From NCBI GenBank assembly GCA_964549615.1, contig CAZJVP010000032.1, forward strand, positions 1-37,187: DNA of 37,187 nt. Reading direction: 5' to 3'. A program made the translations under genes and the position numbers. Positions 1 to 7,414 of the stretch are shown here, piece by piece; position 1 is the first letter of the stretch, and every line of letters begins with the position of its first letter. The notes beneath the pieces are model-generated. The model saw only the letters and a list, made by a program, of their open reading frames with translations. It had not been told where the DNA came from and made no database searches. This stretch comes from an uncultured Thermococci archaeon (lineage in GTDB: Archaea > CAYQAE01 > CAYVLA01).

Positions 1-315
1 GAGGCTTTGCTGCCGCTCTTCGTCCAAGGTGGGGTGAACGCGATGATCCCCTTCGAGGTCCAGGCCGGAAACGACATCCTCGAGATCAGGCGCCGATTCC
101 CCAGGCTGGTGATCTTCGGGGGTCTCAACAAACTGGCGTTGGCCCGCGGGAGGAGAGAGATAGATGCCGAGCTGGAGAAAGTTGCCCCCATGCTTGAGGC
201 CGGCGGCTACATCCCGAGCCTGGACCACGCCGCGCCCCCGGACATACCGTTCCAAAACTTCCGTTACTACATCCAGAGGATCAGGAAGATAGGGGACCGC
301 TTCGCAAGCATTTGA
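1..315 (+). CDS. Uroporphyrinogen decarboxylase / MtaA-CmuA-like TIM-barrel family protein, C-terminal part (5' truncated by window)
   Basis: PFEVQAGND, IFGGLNK and GGYIPSLDHAAPPDIPFQNFRYY match the URO-D/cobalamin-methyltransferase C-terminus; the frame is open to the window edge. Confidence 0.75.
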   Translation, partial: EALLPLFVQGGVNAMIPFEVQAGNDILEIRRRFPRLVIFGGLNKLALARGRREIDAELEKVAPMLEAGGYIPSLDHAAPPDIPFQNFRYYIQRIRKIGDRFASI

Positions 316-628
316 GCCTACACGGCTGGGCCATCCGGATTCTTTTGACGGGCTTCATGCACGGGTTATTGGTGCCGTGGGGACGGCCAATCCTGCCAGC
401 GTCCTGGACTTGACTTTAGTTACACCCAAGTGCCGTCCCCGCGGCTGCCGCCGTCCTCGCAACCCGTCTTGGAGATATTCTGTGAGGTCACTGAGGCCAG
501 ACCGATTGAGCCAGGATTCAGGGCCGCCCAGGCAGGTGTCGATCCACTTGCCCTGAGTGTCTTCCAGCTCGTTTCCGACCGATCCCGGTTAGGATAGGCT
601 GTTCGGAGTCCACACCACCAAGTTCGCG

Positions 629-661
629 GACGGAGACTTACTCGCCGACGGAGACTTACTC
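629..661. repeat. Short direct repeat (2 x GACGGAGACTTACTC, 18-nt period)
   Basis: Identical 15-mers at 629-643 and 647-661. Confidence 0.85.
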
Positions 662-768
662 CGGACTAACCGGCCGCGCGCCCTGCGGCAGTGCGGACTA
701 AAGGATTGGTTGGATCTAGCTCCACCTAGGCGTAACACGCGCGTTGGGCTCGATCCCAGGGCCCCGCC

Positions 769-1158
769 CTAGCTCAGCCTCCAAGAAAGCAAGATCCCGA
801 TCAAGATCACTGCAAGTGGAAGGTAGGAAGGAATTGTATCATCGAACCCGGCTACGCGTGCTCCAATGAGAACGATCGCCGCACCTGCGAACAGTCTTAG
901 CACCGTAAGATTCAGAAAGTCCAAAGCTGCGCGGCCCAACAGGGCCGCGGCGAGCACCGCCAAGGTTGCCACGATGCATGCCACGAGAGCGGCCAGTAGT
1001 CTCGTCCTCTGGCAAGGATGTGAGACTGCAGCCGAGATCAGCGCGCCCGGGCCAGAGATGACCGTCAGGCCCACGGTGGCTGCGGTATCAAACGTTAAGA
1101 GGTCCAGGGATGATAGCACGAGAATGTTCCCGTCGAGGGCCGGCATGGACATGAGCAA
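769..1158 (-). CDS. Small multi-pass membrane protein, weakly MarC-like (start uncertain, possibly degenerate)
   Basis: About four hydrophobic segments, with GPGAL and RLFAGAAIVLIG motifs; the hydrophobic frame continues upstream without a canonical start. Confidence 0.45.
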   Translation of the reverse strand: MLMSMPALDGNILVLSSLDLLTFDTAATVGLTVISGPGALISAAVSHPCQRTRLLAALVACIVATLAVLAAALLGRAALDFLNLTVLRLFAGAAIVLIGARVAGFDDTIPSYLPLAVILIGILLSWRLS

Positions 1159-1801
1159 GGCCGTGGGAAGAGCAGCTCTAACAACAACCGAAAACCCGAC
1201 CCCTCTTCAACAAGCGGATCGCTTCCTTTCACCTACCGTCCAAAGATCTTATCGCTGCTAGACGCTGCTATTGAAAAATGGAATCACCATGCACGTGACT
1301 TTCCATATCTGCGTTGGCCACAGGCCCACCGGCACAAGCCCGGCTCACATTGTGCTAAGAGCGTGTCGACCAGCCTGGTCAACATCGCACTCTCCTCGGT
1401 GTCGCTGATGGCTGCTCCCATGACTCCAACGGATCTCGGGGATGCCAGACCGTGTTGTGTGCCACTCGCACACGGTTCTTCTGCATGTCCTGTGGTGCTG
1501 GCAGATCCTGGCAATAGTCCATCGTTGCTGTATGCGCCTTGTGCCTTTTCACGATCTCGTGTCTGAGGTCTGGATGTATCCTGGTGCTGTCTTCTTGTGG
1601 ACCTCTCCATAACTCCGATCAACCTCAATCTCACTCCCTGCACATGATTATGCGATGCCCTTCCAAGGCATGACGAAACCAGTCCTGGAGGTGAGATTGT
1701 TCCTGTCTGCCGTCGCAATACGCATTCCCGCTAGGCCATCCGAAGGGAGGGGACCCCCGTAGGAAGCCGAAGAACTGAGCGTCCGGTTGCGCTGCTGAAG
1801 A

Positions 1802-2353
1802 TCAGCGTCCAGCCCCGGAAGGGGTGAGGAGCCGCTGGAATTCCCGTGCGAAGGCTTCGAATGCTTCGTGGCCGTAAAGACAGAACAGGACCCTCTCCAG
1901 ACCCGTCCTGCCCCGGAGGTACTCGAAAGCTGCGCCGAGCATCACCTTGGCGCATCGGTCCAGCGGATACCCGAAGATGCCCGTGGATATCGCCGGGAAT
2001 GCGATGCTCCTTATCCGGCGCTCGTCGGCCAGTCTTAGGGAGTTCAGGGTAGCCTGCCTCAGCTTCTCGTCCTCCTGTCCCTCCCCCATCCTCGGCCCCA
2101 CTGCATGGATCACGTATCGGGCTTTCAGGTTCCCGCCGGTCGTGATAACGGCTCCGCCGACATGGGTTCCTCCTATCCTGTTGCACTCCTCCTGGATGGC
2201 GGGACCTCCCTTCCTGCGGATGGCACCCGCAACGCCTCCGCCCATCTGGAGCCTGCAGTTGGCGGCGTTCACGATCGCTTCCGTGTCGAGGTCCGTTATG
2301 TCGCCCTCCACCAGCTCAACCAAGGTCCGACCAATGACCGCCTTCATGGTCAT
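1802..2353 (-). CDS. Macro domain protein (O-acetyl-ADP-ribose deacetylase / ADP-ribosylhydrolase, MacroD/YmdB type)
   Basis: GDIT, IVNAAN, GGGVAGAI, HAVGP and AFPAISTGIFGYP motifs; alternative ATG at 2347. Confidence 0.93.
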   Translation of the reverse strand: MTMKAVIGRTLVELVEGDITDLDTEAIVNAANCRLQMGGGVAGAIRRKGGPAIQEECNRIGGTHVGGAVITTGGNLKARYVIHAVGPRMGEGQEDEKLRQATLNSLRLADERRIRSIAFPAISTGIFGYPLDRCAKVMLGAAFEYLRGRTGLERVLFCLYGHEAFEAFAREFQRLLTPSGAGR

Positions 2354-2455
2354 ACAATGGGATGTCCGGCCTGTAAGCTCTTGCGGTCAACCTTCCAATG
2401 TCTGGTGTGCGATGTATCTAGCGGGACGCAGGCCGACCCGCACCAGGAAATGTGT

Positions 2456-3238
2456 CTAGTCCCTTGACGCGGGCAGGAAGTATCCGCGCGAGAATTCGAG
2501 TTTCGCGTCAGAATGGATCCTGACGACCATCATCAGGCCGTAGTGTGCCGGCACACCCAGGGAGTTCACCATCAACCTGACCGAGAAGCGGTCGTCCTCC
2601 CTGTTTGCTTGGTACTCCTTCCGGCCCAATATCGGCGCCTGCATTATGGGTGGCTTGTTCTGGCTCTGTGCCTCGGATGCCTCCATGGTGAGGTAGGTCT
2701 CGGGATCCTCGTTCTTGGAGAGGGTGAGGGAGGCGAGGCTCTTGTTTCTGTTGAAGAAGAAGTCGGACACCCCCCGGAATGCTAGCTTCCCCCGGGCGCC
2801 CTGGACGATCGCGTAGACGGTCGTGGCCGAAATGGTGGCCTCCTCGGGGGCGAGACTTAAGAAGGCATCGGAGAAGTCATAGAGATCGCAATCCAGTCCC
2901 TGGGCATCGACCCGTTCGTGGACGAAGGGCGCCCCGATCTCGTCGCAGAGCTTGATGCACGCCTCCAAGGCGCGCTCGACGGTGCTCGTCGGATCTCCCT
3001 GCTTGTCGGTCGCGTTTGCCAGGCAGTCGAGATCCACGGTCAGGATCCGGACGTTCTTGCGCAGGACGAAGCTATAGGAGATTTCCCTGGTCGTCGCCTC
3101 TCCGGACGGCATCGCCTCCGGAACGTTCTCCTCGAGAATTTCGAGCGAGGTCTTCGTTTTGCCCTGCATGAAGTACGTGACCATCGTGGAGGCCACGATC
3201 GATGTCATGAGTATGCCGGCGATTGTTCTCTTTTCCAT
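2456..3238 (-). CDS. Hypothetical N-terminally membrane-anchored protein (260 aa)
   Basis: ATG at 3238 (MEKRTIAGILMTSIVASTMVTYF, basic then hydrophobic) lies 5 nt after the upstream gene's stop; the ORF-track start overlaps the upstream gene. Confidence 0.7.
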   Translation of the reverse strand: MEKRTIAGILMTSIVASTMVTYFMQGKTKTSLEILEENVPEAMPSGEATTREISYSFVLRKNVRILTVDLDCLANATDKQGDPTSTVERALEACIKLCDEIGAPFVHERVDAQGLDCDLYDFSDAFLSLAPEEATISATTVYAIVQGARGKLAFRGVSDFFFNRNKSLASLTLSKNEDPETYLTMEASEAQSQNKPPIMQAPILGRKEYQANREDDRFSVRLMVNSLGVPAHYGLMMVVRIHSDAKLEFSRGYFLPASRD

Positions 3239-3243
3239 AGCTT

Positions 3244-4446
3244 CTACCTTCCAAACCTCGTGGTCTCGATCTCCCTGTAGAGCCTCCTTCTCACCATGAG
3301 CGTCCACAGCACGAAACCGCTTGCGGCGAAGGTCCCGCTCAACGTCGTCCATTCAACCGTGTAGATCCACATCATGGCCTGGTCCTTGAGATGGATCGCC
3401 TTCCTCGTGGCGCGGGACAGGGAATCGAGGGAGCCGTCCAGAGCTTCCAAGCTCTTCGCAAGGTCTTGATCCAGGTAGGCCCGGGTAGCGTCCCCGTACC
3501 TAGACTCGGCTTCATCGATCATCTTGGCGATGGGGTTCATGTTCGCTCCGAACTTCTCGCCGAAGTCCATGACCGTGAAGAGGTAGGACTTGGCCCATCT
3601 GTACTCGAGGAACTTTCCCCTCGCCTTGTGTACGGTCTCCAAGTCCTTGGGAAGTTCGTTGTCGCTCAGGTAGAGCATCAGGTTGACGGCGAAGTCGCCG
3701 TAGTACTCCCACCTCATGAAGACCACGCCCCCCGCTGGCGTCCAGTCGCCGGCCATGGCGAAGGTTATCCCCTTCCCCGACCTCCACGTTGCCCAGAAAG
3801 GGGCCGGAGGCTTGGCCACGCGCACCATCTGTGCCAGCTCGCTTGCGCCGATCTTGAGCTCCACCTCGTTGCCGTCGTAATACCTCATCCACTCCAGGTT
3901 GGGCCTGATAGGAATGCTCGAGACCAGCGGGTGATCCGGATCGACGATCACGACCCTTCCCTCCGTCCATCGCTCGTACAGGGAGTTCACGGGAAGGACC
4001 TCCTCCACGGGCGTCGTTCCCCACGACCTGTGTCCCCCGCGGCCTCCGAAGGCCTCATTCCCGCCGATCATGACGAGGCCCGATCCTCCCTGCTTCACCG
4101 CGTCGCTGTACCACTGGAGCTGGTTGGGCGTGAACACATCCGCATTCGCGTCGCTCAGGATCAAGACCTGGTAGGACGAAAGGCTGGCGTAGGTTCTGGG
4201 CATGTACTGCCTGACGGAGCGCCTTGCGATATCGATCGAGTACACGACGGTGGAGGCCTTCACGGGGTAGGGGAGTATGAGCGGCTCTGACTCCAGCGTC
4301 GGGTACGGACTGGATCCCGTGGGTTCACCCACGTACAAGACCCTAATCCTCCCCGTCTCAGGGTCCCTGCTACCCACCGCACATCCCGATGCGATGACGA
4401 CGGCGGCGAAGGCAGAGCAGAGGGCGGCTGTGAATGTTCTTGACAG
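3244..4446 (-). CDS. Secreted/membrane protein with glutamine-amidotransferase-like (DUF1355-type) domain and C-terminal TM anchor
   Basis: GLVMIGGNEAFGG..SWGTTPVEEVLPV motif, C-terminal TM then RRRLYREI; the frame extends upstream of GTG 4377 into a signal-like segment starting at CTG 4446 (start tentative). Confidence 0.7.
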   Translation of the reverse strand: MSRTFTAALCSAFAAVVIASGCAVGSRDPETGRIRVLYVGEPTGSSPYPTLESEPLILPYPVKASTVVYSIDIARRSVRQYMPRTYASLSSYQVLILSDANADVFTPNQLQWYSDAVKQGGSGLVMIGGNEAFGGRGGHRSWGTTPVEEVLPVNSLYERWTEGRVVIVDPDHPLVSSIPIRPNLEWMRYYDGNEVELKIGASELAQMVRVAKPPAPFWATWRSGKGITFAMAGDWTPAGGVVFMRWEYYGDFAVNLMLYLSDNELPKDLETVHKARGKFLEYRWAKSYLFTVMDFGEKFGANMNPIAKMIDEAESRYGDATRAYLDQDLAKSLEALDGSLDSLSRATRKAIHLKDQAMMWIYTVEWTTLSGTFAASGFVLWTLMVRRRLYREIETTRFGR

Positions 4447-4512
4447 GCCAATCAGCCGGGACGCTTATGGATGGCCAGATATAACTCTTAATGCTGCGCG
4501 CCGCGACGTAGA

Positions 4513-4640
4513 TGGTCCCGCGGGTGAGATTTGAACTCACAACCATTCCCGGCCATGGGCTGAGCAACCATGAGCCGACGGTGGCTGTTCGCGGACTTGG
4601 GTCTACAGCCGTCCGCTCTGCCAGATTGAGCTACCGCGGG
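4513..4640 (-). tRNA. tRNA-Tyr(GTA) with two introns (4583-4602 at 37/38; about 4546-4576 near 43/44), encoded CCA
   Basis: Acceptor CCCGCGG/CCGCGGG-A-CCA (C1:G72), D arm GCTC-AATCTGGCA-GAGC, anticodon arm GACGG-CTGTAG/A-CCGTC, T arm GTGAG-TTCAAAT-CTCAC; 77 nt after removing the 20- and 31-nt inserts. Confidence 0.93.
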
Positions 4641-4755
4641 ACCAGGCTAGGGGCGCCCCCTATTCTGAAAAATGCTTTCCATTCACCCGTGGCTGTTTCG
4701 GGCGCGAGGTCATACTTATCACAATCACATGGGCTGGGCTGTGCGGTGAGAAAGG

Positions 4756-5412
4756 GTGATCGATCTGGCAAGGTACAGGCTGATCGACCTGTCGAAGGAG
4801 CTGAACCCCGGCGTAGCCAAGGTGAACGGGGAATACCTTCACGGAACCGAGAGCAGGAGGCTTGAACTGCGCCAGTTCATCTTCCAGCCTGACGGGATGA
4901 CCATGCACTGGGTTGATGCGGAAAGCCATATCGGGACCCACGTCGAGGGGCCCAACCATCACCCGCGGTCCAAAAGATGCCTCGCGGACCTCCCCTTGGA
5001 GACTTTCATCGGCGAGGCGATCGTGCTGGATTTCTCGGATCTAAGGCCCATCGGGGGGAAGGGGCGGCCCATAACCCCCTCCCGGCTGGCTGGCGTTAGG
5101 AAAGGAGACATAGTGCTGATGTGGAGCCCGTATGCGGACGCGGAGAGCCCGTACATCTCCCCAGAAGCCGCCCAGCACCTGCTCGAGGCGGGCGCGAAGA
5201 TGATCGGAATACAGGGCATCGGCCTTGAGGCTCCTGGCTCCACGGCCAACCACGAGGCGTTTCTGCTGAACGACATCCCGGTCGTGGAGGGGCTGCAGAA
5301 CCTTGACAAGATCAGAGGGAAGAGGGTCCTCTACATCGGGCTGCCCATCAGGATGCGGCACATCGATTCGTCTTGGATAAGGGCGGTCGCCCTTGAAGAT
5401 CGTGGGGAATGA
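4756..5412 (+). CDS. Cyclase family metal-dependent hydrolase (kynurenine formamidase-like)
   Basis: IDLS start, HIGTHVEGPNH (HxGTHxDxPxH-like), VEGLQNL and C-terminal RAVA. Confidence 0.88.
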   Translation: MIDLARYRLIDLSKELNPGVAKVNGEYLHGTESRRLELRQFIFQPDGMTMHWVDAESHIGTHVEGPNHHPRSKRCLADLPLETFIGEAIVLDFSDLRPIGGKGRPITPSRLAGVRKGDIVLMWSPYADAESPYISPEAAQHLLEAGAKMIGIQGIGLEAPGSTANHEAFLLNDIPVVEGLQNLDKIRGKRVLYIGLPIRMRHIDSSWIRAVALEDRGE

Positions 5413-5495
5413 AGAAGCAGGGCCGCTCCGGACGCCTCCGGCGCTAGAAATCGCGTTCCGAGTCTTGTAGGCTTCGGGCGGCATCCCGCATCCCT

Positions 5496-5804
5496 TCACG
5501 TTGCCGTAAGGGGAAGGAGCGGGTCGAGTCGGTAGAAGACGGCGTCCAGGGGCCTTTGTCTTCCACAGATCCTGCACTGGGCGACGTACGGATCGACAAC
5601 TCGCCACTCGTGGTCGAGATCGCAGGTTCCTTCGGGCCGTCTTTGCGGCAGCTCTGCGGATATGGAGGCAAGAATCGTCCTCATCCTGTGAAGCTGGAGC
5701 GCTGCCCCGAAGATGTCCTCCCGTGCAAGGCAATCGTACGCGCGACTGACGCAGTCCTGGGTTTCCATGATCTTGGCGGCAAGTCGTTCGGTTTTGTCCT
5801 CCAC
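5496..5804 (-). CDS. Hypothetical protein with possible C-terminal zinc ribbon
   Basis: Helical N-terminus followed by C-x3-HEW...CRICG. Confidence 0.5.
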   Translation of the reverse strand: MEDKTERLAAKIMETQDCVSRAYDCLAREDIFGAALQLHRMRTILASISAELPQRRPEGTCDLDHEWRVVDPYVAQCRICGRQRPLDAVFYRLDPLLPLTAT

Positions 5805-5924
5805 ACTACATCTTCATTCTCGGGCACTGAAAAGGGTTATGCAGTCAGCCGTGGGAACCGTTTGTTTGGTGGCAGCTCCAGGCCCGCAGCTGGACGTTGC
5901 CGTTCAAATCAGGCGAGCGAGGTC

Positions 5925-6113
5925 TCAAGGGATCCTCGGAGAGGGTGAAAGATCGATGCGGTAGATGCCCTCGTCGACCTTCAGGACCAGGGGCATCCCT
6001 TTCATCAGGGGCTCAAGGTCAATCTGGTATGCCCCCTCCCTCGTCAGCCTGACGTTCTCCACGGAGCCCGTCCTCAGCTCCGATCGCTGCACCTCGTCGT
6101 CATCCCTCGGCAT
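5925..6113 (-). CDS. Small hypothetical protein with internal EGxYxIDL duplication
   Basis: ATG start, upstream TTTTAAA TATA-like box near 6172-6178, repeated EGAYQIDL/EGIYRIDL. Confidence 0.55.
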   Translation of the reverse strand: MPRDDDEVQRSELRTGSVENVRLTREGAYQIDLEPLMKGMPLVLKVDEGIYRIDLSPSPRIP

Positions 6114-6250
6114 AGCTTGCTCAACGCCCCTACCCGGGGTTCCCCTAGCGCCATTGGGCTTGTAGCTGAAGTTTAAAAGAAGCTCGAAGAAGTGTTTCGA
6201 ATCGTTATATTGATCTCCGTCCGGGTTTCGGAAGGCGAGACTGGCGCGCC

Positions 6251-6817
6251 CTAGGCCAGAAGCCTTGCCAGCTCCTCCCCGGCCTTCTCAAGGACATCGT
6301 TTTTTATGATCTTGACCGGGGCTCCGACCTGGATGGCCATGGCGATCGCTGCTGCCCTGTCAAAGTCGAAATGCTGTTGGATCTCTTCCAGATTCTCGTC
6401 GACCCTGGCTCTCCCCTTGTCGAGCATTCGCCTCTTGAGTATATCGCCTGGGTCCGCCTCCAGTATGATTATCCTCTTGGGCTTTAGCTGGATCAGGATG
6501 TCCAAAGGCAATCCTGGCACGTACCCATCGGGGGTCGGTATGGTCAGATGCGTATCGACCACAACCTTGCCGTGCATCCTGCATATCCGCCGTGCGGCTC
6601 TGGCCTGGAGAGCCCTCTGGGTTTCCAGGTCCAAGAACCGAAGTTGGTCCCTGTCCTCGACGAGGTTCCGTTCCGTGGCCTCCCGAAGTATTGCGTCCCC
6701 GAAGTTGACCCTCTTCACCCCCGGCGACTTCTTCAGGGCATACTCGACAACCGACGACTTACCAACGCCGGATAGCCCTGCGACCACGTAAACCTCGGCC
6801 ACGTTCTCACTTCCCAC
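6251..6817 (-). CDS. adkA: Archaeal adenylate kinase
   Basis: P-loop GLSGVGKS, VNFGD, DRDQLR, VVVDTH and TPDGYVPGLP are typical of trimeric archaeal AK. Confidence 0.9.
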   Translation of the reverse strand: MGSENVAEVYVVAGLSGVGKSSVVEYALKKSPGVKRVNFGDAILREATERNLVEDRDQLRFLDLETQRALQARAARRICRMHGKVVVDTHLTIPTPDGYVPGLPLDILIQLKPKRIIILEADPGDILKRRMLDKGRARVDENLEEIQQHFDFDRAAAIAMAIQVGAPVKIIKNDVLEKAGEELARLLA

Positions 6818-7196
6818 TTCTGAAGCCCACTCCCCCCTGCTTGGCCGGCCACTGCCTGAGCTTGAGGATGTTAGTTATCCTCCAGTTCCCGGCCTCTCTC
6901 TTCAGATCAAATTCCTCCTCCAAGTGCCAGTCCCCCACGATGCTTCTCGTGGTGCTTGTGAGGACTACCCTTGCCGTTTCGCCGAGGACGTAGCATCCAG
7001 CCACTTTGGCGTCTTGGACTTCCATCTTGGTTCTCTGCGCGGTGCTCCTCATCCTCGAGCTGTAGGACTCCTTGGTGAAGTTCTTCCTGATCTCGCTGTC
7101 GCTCGCGTAAAGGTCATAGATCTCGTCGTATCTCTTTGCCCTGTAGGCCCGGGCGAAAGCCTCAACGACGCTTTCCGGACTGCCGGCCGTAGGCAT
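6807..7196 (-). CDS. NTF2-like fold (DUF4878-like) hypothetical protein
   Basis: SPESVVEAF..A...YDEIYDLY N-terminus and LKREAGNWRI C-terminal strand; overlaps the adk start. Confidence 0.65.
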   Translation of the reverse strand: MPTAGSPESVVEAFARAYRAKRYDEIYDLYASDSEIRKNFTKESYSSRMRSTAQRTKMEVQDAKVAGCYVLGETARVVLTSTTRSIVGDWHLEEEFDLKREAGNWRITNILKLRQWPAKQGGVGFRSGK

Positions 7197-7414
7197 CGCG
7201 CACCAGCTCCATGCAGGTAACGTACGATAATAAATGTGGCGCGGCCCTACAGGGCAAGGTTGGAGAGCTCGCGCGATCGGAACGCCGACCCTCGGTAATG
7301 CCGTTGGGCCGGATGCCGGTTCTCCATCGGCAGAGGTGTAGCGACGGATTCGCGTTTGGCTTCACGGCAATATTTGTAAGGGCCGGGGGCCCCTAACGAT
7401 TAAGGGGCGCGGCA

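Noticed and set aside
629-661. CRISPR-like repeat
   Set aside because: Only two 15-nt copies separated by 3 nt, with no spacers or cas genes
1284-1718. 144-aa minus-strand ORF
   Set aside because: No recognisable motif and atypical composition; cannot be supported as a gene
4513-4640. tRNA as an integration site (att) for a mobile element
   Set aside because: I saw no duplicated tRNA end and no integrase in the window
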